This document shows positions 1 through 8,303 of a stretch of DNA of 40,000 nt, piece by piece; the first letter of the stretch is position 1, and every line of letters starts with the position of its first letter. The notes below the pieces were generated by a model that was not told the DNA's origin, searched no databases, and was given only the letters and a program-made list of their open reading frames with translations. The translations under genes were made by a program, and so were the position numbers. Origin of the DNA: an uncultured phage cr127_1. The stretch lies in sequence record MT774393.1. The stretch is one strand, 5' to 3'.

Positions 1-56
1 TTATAGAAAAGATTATAGAAAAGATTATAGAAAAGATTATAGAAAAGATTATAGAG
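1..56. repeat. 12-bp tandem repeat (unit ttatagaaaaga, ~4.6 copies), possibly continuing past the left edge
   Basis: Direct reading: ttatagaaaaga repeated four times plus ttatagag. Confidence 0.95.
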
Positions 57-358
57 TATAGAATAAATAATGAAAAAATAAAGTGTAAAGAATTTAAAGT
101 CAATATAGAAATATGAATAATGAAAATGTTATTGTAGAAAGACTGAATAATAAATAATGAAAATATATGTAATAGTGTTTGAAATAATATATCTGATAAA
201 TATAAAAATACTCTTATAGGAAGTACCTTATATAACAACCCTCCCCACTTTTCTACTTTTAGAAACCCCCCACTTATAATTGGTGTGTGTCGTAATTCCG
301 ATTTTGTTACAAATTAAAATTCGAAAAGTATCGTACAAACTAATCTTGTTACTCATAA

Positions 359-397
359 TCCGGAATGGGTAACAGAATTTAATTCATTTATTCCGGA
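359..397 (+). promoter_or_regulatory. Inverted repeat in the leader of the 433..1032 gene
   Basis: TCCGGAAT (359-366) pairs with ATTCCGGA (390-397); inner GAATT/AATTC. Confidence 0.45.
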
Positions 398-432
398 ATT
401 ACTATTTGTCAAACTTTTAAATCATTTGAAAC

Positions 433-1032
433 ATGGCACAAGTTGAAGCCAATGCAGCTTCCGTAGCTGTAGAAAAACCAGTTGTTAAAGCAGTTGTTAA
501 TGAAATTAACACAAGTCTTAAACCTGAAATCATCGGTGTAGCTATTCATAAAATAGCTCGAATTGAACGTGATGGCCGAAAGTATTTCGCTATCAGTGCT
601 CTGAATGTCGCAAATAACGAACCAGTTCGTTTGTCTGCAAGTGTTGATATGGTTGAAGTATTTAATCTTGACCATATCATTCGAGAGGGTAACTATAATA
701 CGGAAACTGAACGTCCGTTGTATCTGAAAGTCGAAGTCGTATATGTACCGAATGACGGTAATAAATACGGTTATGTAGACAAAGACGGTGGAGTTCACGA
801 ATATCGTAATGCCGGAAATTATATATTCCGGAATATCGTAGGTACTCTCGAAGGTCATATAATTCGAGAAGCTGAAGCTAACAAGTATGCACAGGCTTAT
901 CAAGCCAAAGGTCGTACCGAAGAAGCTAAAGTATACTTTCATGAAATGAAAGGTCGAAATTATATTCCGGGAGTTAGCGAAGATGATGATAACTTCTTCA
1001 TAAAAATGCTCGCTCTCGTGAAGAACTCGTAA
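433..1032 (+). CDS. Hypothetical phage protein, probably well expressed (higher GC than neighbours)
   Basis: 199 aa ORF with structured leader and strong terminator; no family recognised. Confidence 0.85.
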   Translation: MAQVEANAASVAVEKPVVKAVVNEINTSLKPEIIGVAIHKIARIERDGRKYFAISALNVANNEPVRLSASVDMVEVFNLDHIIREGNYNTETERPLYLKVEVVYVPNDGNKYGYVDKDGGVHEYRNAGNYIFRNIVGTLEGHIIREAEANKYAQAYQAKGRTEEAKVYFHEMKGRNYIPGVSEDDDNFFIKMLALVKNS

Positions 1033-1038
1033 ATAACT

Positions 1039-1076
1039 AAGAGGATAATGGTGTAAATGGCCATTATCCTCTTTTT
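1039..1076 (+). terminator. Rho-independent-like terminator
   Basis: AGAGGATAATGG / CCATTATCCTCT perfect 12-bp stem followed by TTTTT. Confidence 0.9.
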
Positions 1077-1138
1077 AAAATTCCACTTTAAACATATTTT
1101 GAACACTTTTATTTATATAAATAATACCATTATCTACT

Positions 1139-1519
1139 ATGAAAACTAATAAAGAATTTGTAAAAAGAATTATAGCAACAGTTCAATTAAAAACTTTAAT
1201 AAGACTTTTAAAAGTACAAGCATCAGCAAAATTAACAGATAAAGAAAAAGATGTTCAAAAAGAAGTAAATGAACTAATTCCAGAAATATATACTGATGAA
1301 GATTTAAAACGAATTATATCAGAGCTTTTATTAGAAAGTAAAGAACTAAAAAAGATGTTAATTCGTTTAACAAATTATTCATCAATAGCTTTAAGTAAAA
1401 CTTCCGTAAGATATATATTAGCTTCTAAAGCTAATAAAACATATAAAACTATAATAGTTATTCTATCAATAGCTTTATTAGTTTCAATATTAGGTATTAT
1501 ATTTGTGTTATTGTTTTAA
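1139..1519 (+). CDS. Hypothetical small protein with C-terminal transmembrane segment
   Basis: 126 aa ORF; C-terminus TIIVILSIALLVSILGIIFVLLF. Confidence 0.7.
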   Translation: MKTNKEFVKRIIATVQLKTLIRLLKVQASAKLTDKEKDVQKEVNELIPEIYTDEDLKRIISELLLESKELKKMLIRLTNYSSIALSKTSVRYILASKANKTYKTIIVILSIALLVSILGIIFVLLF

Positions 1520-1531
1520 TTAAAAGTGTTC

Positions 1532-1609
1532 ATAGGAGAGTTCTATTATTAATTTTAAAGTGTTTATGGATAAAAGTTATAATATCTTTAAAATAAAAAA
1601 CTCTCCTAT
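1532..1609 (+). promoter_or_regulatory. Nested long inverted repeat / possible terminator
   Basis: ATAGGAGAGTT (1532-1542) / AACTCTCCTAT (1599-1609), inner ATTTTAAAG / CTTTAAAAT. Confidence 0.6.
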
Positions 1610-1651
1610 TATTTATAATCTTAATATATGTATCTTTAAATTTAATATTTT

Positions 1652-1688
1652 TATCCGAAGAATATTCGGAAGATAGACAATTAATTGT
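1652..1688. repeat. 37-bp direct repeat copy 1, with two palindromic parts
   Basis: tatccgaagaatattcggaagatagacaattaattgt; one mismatch to 2119..2155. Confidence 0.9.
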
Positions 1689-1747
1689 CATAGAAGTGAC
1701 ATTATTATTTCGATTGATTGTAAAATGAATATTAAATAAATGATTAA

Positions 1748-1784
1748 CGAATCTCGGAAACTCTCTCGCCCTTGTGGCCATTAT
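1748..1784 (-). repeat. Dispersed GC-rich element copy A (diverged)
   Basis: cgaatctcggaaactctctcgcccttgtggccatta; reverse complement reads ATGGCCACAAGGGCGAGAG... Confidence 0.9.
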
Positions 1785-1802
1785 ACAGTACGTCCAAACG
1801 TT

Positions 1803-1864
1803 ACAACTGTCTTTGCAACTATCATATCTATATAATTTAAAATTATATTAACAATTATATTAAT
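1803..1864. repeat. Short 12-bp tandem units
   Basis: acaactgtcttt/gcaactatcata at 1803-1826; aattatattaac/aattatattaat at 1841-1864. Confidence 0.7.
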
Positions 1865-1897
1865 AATCGTATTTCCACTTAAATCTCAAATAATATC

Positions 1898-2053
1898 TTT
1901 ACATACACTTTTACAGGAACTTTTACAATCATCTTTACAATCATATTTACATACACTTTCTAAATCATCTTCAAGTCCATCTCCAGAATCATCTCCAGAA
2001 TCATCTCTAATCACATCTTCAACTTCATCTCGAAATGCATCATCTGGAGCATC
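1898..2053 (-). repeat. Degenerate 12-bp array, 13 units; - strand encodes tetrapeptide repeats
   Basis: Every 12 bp is one unit (tttacatacact, tttacaggaact, tttacaatcatc ... tccagaatcatc x2 ... atctggagcatc). The - strand reads DAPD DAFR DEVE DVIR DDSG DDSG DGLE DDLE SVCK YDCK DDCK SSCK SVCK. Confidence 0.9.
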
Positions 2054-2118
2054 TCCATTTTCCGTATTATTTTTAGTAATTTATTTACTATTAAATGTCA
2101 TACTAATTTCAACTTTTC

Positions 2119-2155
2119 TATCCGAAGAATATTCGGAAGATGGACAATTAATTGT
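2119..2155. repeat. 37-bp direct repeat copy 2
   Basis: tatccgaagaatattcggaagatggacaattaattgt. Confidence 0.9.
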
Positions 2156-2180
2156 AATCTTATTTACATTATGTTTTCGA

Positions 2181-2216
2181 ATAGTATTTCTAATAGTATT
2201 TCTAATAGTATTTCTA
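2181..2216. repeat. 12-bp tandem repeat x3 (atagtatttcta)
   Basis: Perfect units. Confidence 0.95.
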
Positions 2217-2247
2217 AAATTTTTTGTAAAAAGAGTTCCTAATGTTT

Positions 2248-2283
2248 CTTTTGCAGTAACTTTTGCAGTAACTTTTGCAGTAA
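2248..2283. repeat. 12-bp tandem repeat x3 (cttttgcagtaa)
   Basis: Perfect units. Confidence 0.95.
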
Positions 2284-2335
2284 TTCTAATATCAATTTGA
2301 CCCGTATTTTGACCCCTTTCTTGTAGACTAATTAT

Positions 2336-2371
2336 ATTAATAATTATATTAATAATTATATTAATAATTAT
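2336..2371. repeat. 12-bp tandem repeat x3 (ttaataattata)
   Basis: Perfect units. Confidence 0.95.
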
Positions 2372-3120
2372 ATAATTTATAAAAAATAAATTTCAATCTA
2401 TTTTCCAAATAATTTTCAAAAAATTTTCATTGGAAAATGGCATTGTTATTCAAATAACAATAAGATTTCCTTATAGGATATGATAGTCAATCATTTGCAA
2501 AAATTGACCATTTTGTATAACATTAAGATTATCAATTTTCATAACAGTTGTAATACCATTTACTATATGAATAAATCCAGATACACTATATCTCGACAAG
2601 ATATAATTGGTATGATAACTGGTATACTAATAGGTTTAATAATTATATTAATAATTATATTACCAGCTATATCATAAGAATTTATAATAATTATAAGAAG
2701 AATATTTATCCAACGTATTCTTCGAGAAGGTTTATGAAGAATATCATTAGAATTTCGATTAATTGAAATACTATTAAATATACTATTTGTCCAACGTATT
2801 CTTCAAGTAACTATAAAATTAATAAAAGAAGCAGTTTGTAGAATAGCTGGAGAATAAGTTAGTGAAATATTAAATGGATAATTAATTTCAATAATTAGAA
2901 AATGAATTTCAATATGAAGACCAAAATTTATTTTATTAGAAGATTGAAAAATAGCATTAATAATAAGTGGAGAAAGAATTGAGATAATAGTTTGAAAAAT
3001 AGTTGGAAAATAAGTTGAATAAAGATTGATAATAAGTAGAGAAAAAAGATTAAAAAGATTAAAAAAGTTATTTTGAAATACAAGTGGAGGAAAAGTAGAA
3101 GAAAAATGAAGAAGAAAAAT

Positions 3121-3150
3121 AATTGTAAAAATAATTGTAAAAATAATTGG
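3121..3150. repeat. 12-bp tandem repeat x2.5 (aattgtaaaaat)
   Basis: Perfect units. Confidence 0.9.
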
Positions 3151-3468
3151 ATGAAAAGTAAATGAAGGTGTAAAAGGAGCTTAATATTCATCTTTTCTTT
3201 CATCTTTTTCTTCATCTTTTCATTATTTTATTTTTTATTAAATATCTCGTTATCATTCATTATCTTTTCTTTCATTTCATTCATTATCTTTTCTTTCATT
3301 TTATTCATTATCTTTATATTAATCTTCTTCATCTTCTTCATTATCATTTTTTAATCATCTTTTCTTTATTTTCTTTTTAATCATTTTTAATCATCTTTTC
3401 TTTTATTTTCTTTTTAATCATTTAATTTATCTTCATCTTTATTTTCAATATCATCTTCTTCATCTTTA

Positions 3469-3504
3469 TTTTCTATCATATTTTCTATCATATTTTCTAT
3501 CATA
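3469..3504. repeat. 12-bp tandem repeat x3 (ttttctatcata)
   Basis: Perfect units. Confidence 0.95.
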
Positions 3505-3807
3505 TTTTTTTTCATCTTTTTAATCATTTTTAATATCATCTTTTAATTCTATATTTCTTTACATTTATCTTTATTCGTTTTATCATTTTCTTTTAATCTA
3601 TTTTCTTTATCAACATAAAGATAATCTTCATTATTCATTTAATTATCTTTTTTAATCTTATTTTCAAAAGGATTATCTTTATGTTGATTATTATCAATTT
3701 GTAGACTCTTTTGAATAATTTTTTGAATACTAATTGTCATACTATTTTCATTAGAATTTAAATTTTATTTAAAATAAATTAATATTAAACTTAAAACAAA
3801 TTATCTT

Positions 3808-4293
3808 ATGGAAGCTAATCAAATTATTATTATTGCAGTTATCACTTCAATTATACTTAGTATAATAGTTGGTTTTATTGTACTTAATATAATTAAACAT
3901 AAATATCCAGCTATACTTACTAAAAAGATTTATTTTGAATCTTTATTTAATTATAATATTAATTTCACTCCTGAAGTTATATATTTTATAACTAATGCTC
4001 TTACAAATCCAGCTCTTTATAATATAAGTGATAGTGTCATATATAATATTCATAATGGAGTTGGTATATGGACAAATAATAATATAATCTATAGAGAATT
4101 TTATTGTTATTATGATTTAAATAATGATATTGAAAAATGTTATAAAGATATTAATTCTAAACTTACAATGGCGGATAAATATCTTCTTGAACAATTTACT
4201 AAATATATTAATAATAGATTAGAAGAATATAAAAATAATATTATTTATAAATCTAATATTACAATTAAAGATATATTAGATTCTTTAAATTAA
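3808..4293 (+). CDS. Hypothetical protein with N-terminal transmembrane segment
   Basis: 161 aa ORF; IIIIAVITSIILSIIVGFIVLNII near the N-terminus. Confidence 0.8.
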   Translation: MEANQIIIIAVITSIILSIIVGFIVLNIIKHKYPAILTKKIYFESLFNYNINFTPEVIYFITNALTNPALYNISDSVIYNIHNGVGIWTNNNIIYREFYCYYDLNNDIEKCYKDINSKLTMADKYLLEQFTKYINNRLEEYKNNIIYKSNITIKDILDSLN

Positions 4294-4309
4294 TATAAAT
4301 ACAATTACA

Positions 4310-4657
4310 ATGAAAAATACAAAAATTATTATACCAAATGGTACAATATACAATATAAAATATATTATATTTAAAGAGTCAGAAGAAACTTTAAATATAA
4401 CTACAACAGAAAATGAAACAATAACTTATAATCTTAATAATATAAATAGTGTAATAGCACATGACAATATATATATATTAGATTTTTTAGACAATGATGA
4501 TTTAGATTTTAAATATGATATTAAACCGGATGATTTAAAAATCAATTCTATAATTTTTGAAGATAGAGATTCATATTTAAATTTCTTGAATAATTTTATA
4601 AAACATGTAAATACTACTCGAAGAAATAATTCAAAGGAAGATATAGTAATATACTAA
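4310..4657 (+). CDS. Hypothetical protein
   Basis: 115 aa ORF, tightly spaced. Confidence 0.75.
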   Translation: MKNTKIIIPNGTIYNIKYIIFKESEETLNITTTENETITYNLNNINSVIAHDNIYILDFLDNDDLDFKYDIKPDDLKINSIIFEDRDSYLNFLNNFIKHVNTTRRNNSKEDIVIY

Positions 4658-4689
4658 ATATAAATATAATAACTAATAAATATAATATT

Positions 4690-4986
4690 ATGGAAACTAA
4701 TGAAACTATTGTTACAAAAACTTGTAAAATTTGTGGAGAGACTAAACCTATAACTTCTTTTACACTTAATTATGAAAAAGAAGATAAACATTCTGACATA
4801 TGTAAAGTATGTTCAGAAGAGCGAAAAAAAAACAGAAATAGAGTTCCTATAATTCGCAATAGAGATGAGACATTATCTAAATATAAACCTCGCGAATTAA
4901 TAGATTCATTAAAAGATATTGTTGATGAATTAAGAAATAGAGGATATATTGTTGAAGTAAGTTATTCTTATAAAATTAAATTGTAA
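4690..4986 (+). CDS. Small zinc-ribbon-like protein
   Basis: Two CxxC pairs: CKICGETKPITSFTLN...DICKVCSEERKK. Confidence 0.75.
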   Translation: METNETIVTKTCKICGETKPITSFTLNYEKEDKHSDICKVCSEERKKNRNRVPIIRNRDETLSKYKPRELIDSLKDIVDELRNRGYIVEVSYSYKIKL

Positions 4987-4989
4987 GAT

Positions 4990-5328
4990 ATGGCAAATAT
5001 TATAGTAACTTCTAAAAATACAGATATAGATAATTATTATTATCCAGATTTTATAAATGTTATAATAAATAATGGAGAATTTGTTATTCCAAGAAGTGAT
5101 GACAAAGTTTGTATTGAAGATATAGATAATATACAATTTACTTATTGTAAAGGTGATGATTTATTTATTACTATAATACATTGTATAGATAGTAATATTA
5201 AAATTCATTGTTATTTTAAAGATATTAGTAAATTTTTATATTTCAAAAATGATATAGAAAATATATTATATACTTATAAATTTAATATCAAAACTATTAT
5301 TTCATCTGTAACCTCAACTATAGTTTAA
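4990..5328 (+). CDS. Hypothetical protein
   Basis: 112 aa ORF. Confidence 0.75.
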   Translation: MANIIVTSKNTDIDNYYYPDFINVIINNGEFVIPRSDDKVCIEDIDNIQFTYCKGDDLFITIIHCIDSNIKIHCYFKDISKFLYFKNDIENILYTYKFNIKTIISSVTSTIV

Positions 5329-5349
5329 CATTAAAATATAGAAATTATT

Positions 5350-5730
5350 ATGAAAATTGTCAATATAGTTAATATTCCTAATTATCCTAATTATACTATA
5401 TACGGTAAGGATATAGAAACTTTAAAAATTTATGTTTCTGATTTATTGCCAAATGATAGTGAAGAATATAATAATGAAGATTTGTGTATTAATATAGATT
5501 ATACTAATATTCAAGATGTAACATTTGGTGTATATGATAATCCTAAAAATGATATTTATGATTATCGAATAAATATAAAGGAAAAGACTTTAGGTTATGT
5601 TGAACTTATATTTGAGAAATATAGTAGTTTTAATAGTGTAAAACTTTTTATATCAAATATGATAGATAATGATGTTAATTTAACTGTTATTCATGAACAA
5701 AAAGAAAGAATACGTATAAACAAAAAATAA
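5350..5730 (+). CDS. Hypothetical protein
   Basis: 126 aa ORF. Confidence 0.75.
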   Translation: MKIVNIVNIPNYPNYTIYGKDIETLKIYVSDLLPNDSEEYNNEDLCINIDYTNIQDVTFGVYDNPKNDIYDYRINIKEKTLGYVELIFEKYSSFNSVKLFISNMIDNDVNLTVIHEQKERIRINKK

Positions 5731-5733
5731 GTT

Positions 5734-6075
5734 ATGAGTAAATATCGAAATATATATCCAAAAATAGATATATTAGAGAATGATGTAGATATTAAATTTT
5801 CTATTTTTCCTTCATCTATTATATTAAATAATAAATTTCATGTATCTTATGTGTCTTTAGAAGCAAGTAAGATATATAAGATGTATTATACAGAAAATAA
5901 TATAGTTCTTAAATATGAAGATGGCGACAATGATTATACAATAACTATTCAATTTGAAGATACAAAAGATTTTGAAGATACAAAAGATTATGTGAACTGT
6001 GCGCTTTCTATTATTACATGTATTAGAAGTGTACATGAACAAGTTTATATAAAAGGAGAATGTAATGTTTATTAA
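5734..6075 (+). CDS. Hypothetical protein with internal 18-bp duplication (EDTKDF EDTKDY)
   Basis: 113 aa ORF. Confidence 0.75.
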   Translation: MSKYRNIYPKIDILENDVDIKFSIFPSSIILNNKFHVSYVSLEASKIYKMYYTENNIVLKYEDGDNDYTITIQFEDTKDFEDTKDYVNCALSIITCIRSVHEQVYIKGECNVY

Positions 6076-6201
6076 TATAATACTGTATCTGATACTAAAG
6101 TTGAGGATACAGTAATAACTCTCACTAATAATTTGCTAATAATTATTTTGACTTTGAAAAAAATAATATTTATATTTACTCACTATTAAAAAGACGCAGA
6201 A

Positions 6202-6378
6202 ATGAAGATTAAATTTAGTCGTGGAAAAGCTACTGGAGAACTTGTTGGAATACAGAATATATATTTTACAGTAGATGATAAAGGTAATAAACAAAATATT
6301 ACTAAAGAAGAATATGATAAAAACATGTATTTAATAATAAAGTGTTTCATAGGACAATTATCCATGTCAAATGATTAA
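6202..6378 (+). CDS. Small hypothetical protein below the ORF-track cutoff
   Basis: MKIKFSRGKATGELVGIQNIYFTVDDKGNKQNITKEEYDKNMYLIIKCFIGQLSMSND*. Confidence 0.55.
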   Translation: MKIKFSRGKATGELVGIQNIYFTVDDKGNKQNITKEEYDKNMYLIIKCFIGQLSMSND

Positions 6379-6422
6379 TTCTCTTTCATAAGAGTTATTT
6401 GTTTTTAAGGTTAATTTATTAA

Positions 6423-6453
6423 GCTGATAACATTTGTGATAAATCTTATCAGC
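6423..6453 (+). ncRNA. Conserved-core hairpin 1
   Basis: GCTGATAA-C-ATTT-GTGAT-AAAT-C-TTATCAGC. Confidence 0.7.
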
Positions 6454-6513
6454 ACTCTTTTATAAATTGATTTAATTGTTCATGATAAAATAGTCAGAGG
6501 TTTAGAATGGACA

Positions 6514-6546
6514 AAGTAGTAACATTTGTGATAAATCTTACTACTT
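6514..6546 (+). ncRNA. Conserved-core hairpin 2
   Basis: AAGTAGTAA-C-ATTT-GTGAT-AAAT-C-TTACTACTT. Confidence 0.7.
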
Positions 6547-6555
6547 ATTTTAATC

Positions 6556-6641
6556 GCCGAAATGGTGGAATAGGTAGACACGTAGGACTTAAAATCCTAT
6601 GACCATAAGAGGTCGTGCGGGTTCGATTCCCGCTTTCGGTA
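6556..6641 (+). tRNA. tRNA-Leu (anticodon UAA)
   Basis: Acceptor GCCGAAA/TTTCGGT, anticodon stem TAGGA/TCCTA with loop CTTAAAA, variable arm ACC/GGT, T arm GCGGGTTCGATTCCCGC, discriminator A; no encoded CCA. Confidence 0.95.
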
Positions 6642-6766
6642 CAAAAGATAATAATCTTTATTATAAAGATTATGTTTAAGATGATTATATTTTAGTTATA
6701 GGATGTGGTATTAATTATATATTAATATTACATCCTTTTATTATGCAATTTAATAAACTTATAATT

Positions 6767-7030
6767 ATGGATAATTTTATTATTAACAAAGATTCAAAAA
6801 CTTGTATACTTACTGTTATACCTGAAAATGGAAATGGAATTATAATAGATGGTGATTATTTTGAAATAGTTGCTAATTATTCTAATATTAGAATAACTTC
6901 TAATTCAGAATCTATTATAGAACTTATAAAAGAAATTACAGAAAAAGTTACCGAAGATATTATGATATATAATTATTATATTGATATAAAATCTATTTAT
7001 ATACGTAATATTTCTGTTGTTTATATTTAA
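6767..7030 (+). CDS. Hypothetical protein (track ORF begins at 6743)
   Basis: MDNFIINKDSKTCILTVIPENG... Confidence 0.7.
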   Translation: MDNFIINKDSKTCILTVIPENGNGIIIDGDYFEIVANYSNIRITSNSESIIELIKEITEKVTEDIMIYNYYIDIKSIYIRNISVVYI

Positions 7031-7231
7031 ACTATTAAAACTATGAAATCTAAAATTAATCCAAAAGTTATTCCAAAAGAACATTATTGTAAGAAATGTA
7101 TTCATATAAAAGTCGTAAACAAAAGTTGATAATAAAACTTATTATATTTGTAAAAGACTTGATAAACGAATTGTCGATAATATTTTTGAAAATAATATTT
7201 GTGTATATCATAAAGATATAAATAAAATATA

Positions 7232-7390
7232 ATGCCTAAAATTAATATTAGAAATTTGGATTCTTATTCTAATGAAATTCATGATTTTAATAAGAATAAG
7301 AAACATAAGAGAACTAATAAAGAATATATTAAAGAAGAAAACGATGATAGACGAAATAAAAATCGGAAGTTTAGTTATAACAAGTCGTAG
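7232..7390 (+). CDS. Small basic hypothetical protein
   Basis: MPKINIRNLDSYSNEIHDFNKNKKHKRTNKEYIKEENDDRRNKNRKFSYNKS*. Confidence 0.5.
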   Translation: MPKINIRNLDSYSNEIHDFNKNKKHKRTNKEYIKEENDDRRNKNRKFSYNKS

Positions 7391-7706
7391 TCGTTATGGT
7401 ACAGTAATTAATATAAAAAATGAATATGGAATTGATAAAGTATTAGTCAGAATAGGTAGTAAAGAATATTGGATGTTTAAAGACCAAGTTCGACTTGCTA
7501 CAAATTCTGTAGTTTTTAAGGTTTATTATAGTTTTAAATATTGTGATAAACTTATTGAAACTTCAGATGAAATAGCTATTGAAAAAGGTACTGTATTATT
7601 TGATTCCAATTCTTATGATAATAAAACTCTAATAACTATTATATCAGATAAGATATGTAAAAAGATAAATCAAGTTGTCAAAATAACTAAAATATTAATA
7701 TCTTAA
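7344..7706 (+). CDS. Hypothetical protein (track ORF begins at 7272)
   Basis: MIDEIKIGSLVITSRSRYGTVINIKNEYGIDKVLVRIGSKEYW... Confidence 0.7.
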   Translation: MIDEIKIGSLVITSRSRYGTVINIKNEYGIDKVLVRIGSKEYWMFKDQVRLATNSVVFKVYYSFKYCDKLIETSDEIAIEKGTVLFDSNSYDNKTLITIISDKICKKINQVVKITKILIS

Positions 7707-7709
7707 ATT

Positions 7710-8303
7710 ATGGAATTTACTCTTAAACTTATACCGATAGAAACTATTGTAAAAAAGAATTATTATATTCTTATAGATAATAATCTTCTTAAAGTAGAAA
7801 ATATAGATTATAAAGAAAAGAATGTAACTCTTTCTGATAATAATATATATCCTATTAAAGATGTACGAAATAAAGTTGCAAAATTTCTCGGAGAATATGA
7901 TAATCAAACTTATAGCATAATTCATGGAAATTTTGATTCTATAGCTGACTTTCTAAAATCTAAAATTAATAATGAAGATGAAGAAACTAATAAAACTTAT
8001 TTAGATGCTCTTTTAGAAGGTGTAACAATTAAGATTCAAGGAGCTTTTGAAACTATATATACAAAAACCGTACCTAACGAAGCTGTAGAGATAACAAATA
8101 TTTCTATAATAGATGCTAATTCTCTTTATCATAAAGATGAAAGAATTGGTGTAATTACTAAGTTTGATAAAAATACACATAAATTTACAATCAAACTTAC
8201 AAAAGGTAATGTTATAACTTGTAATCGAGAAGACTTTACAAAAATTGGTGTAAACAATAAGAAAAGTATGCTTCGATGTGTATGTGATAAATGTGGAAAA
8301 TAA
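7710..8303 (+). CDS. Hypothetical protein with repeated small beta-type modules
   Basis: 197 aa ORF. Confidence 0.8.
   Translation: MEFTLKLIPIETIVKKNYYILIDNNLLKVENIDYKEKNVTLSDNNIYPIKDVRNKVAKFLGEYDNQTYSIIHGNFDSIADFLKSKINNEDEETNKTYLDALLEGVTIKIQGAFETIYTKTVPNEAVEITNISIIDANSLYHKDERIGVITKFDKNTHKFTIKLTKGNVITCNREDFTKIGVNNKKSMLRCVCDKCGK

Noticed and set aside
409-942. - strand ORF opposite the 433..1032 gene
   Set aside because: Fully antisense to a better ORF with leader and terminator; likely a by-product of codon composition.
1530-1781. - strand ORF beginning MATRAREFPRF
   Set aside because: Its start is simply the reverse reading of repeat copy A, and it crosses a long inverted repeat; kept only as part of the repeat finding.
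2928-3215. - strand ORF MKKKMKEKMNIKLLLHLH...
   Set aside because: Low-complexity Leu/Phe/Ile-rich translation of a 12-bp-period AT-rich region; not reliable as a gene.
4690-4986. HNH endonuclease that could mobilise the intron
   Set aside because: It has a CxxC/CxxC zinc-ribbon-like part, but no HNH catalytic motif is visible.
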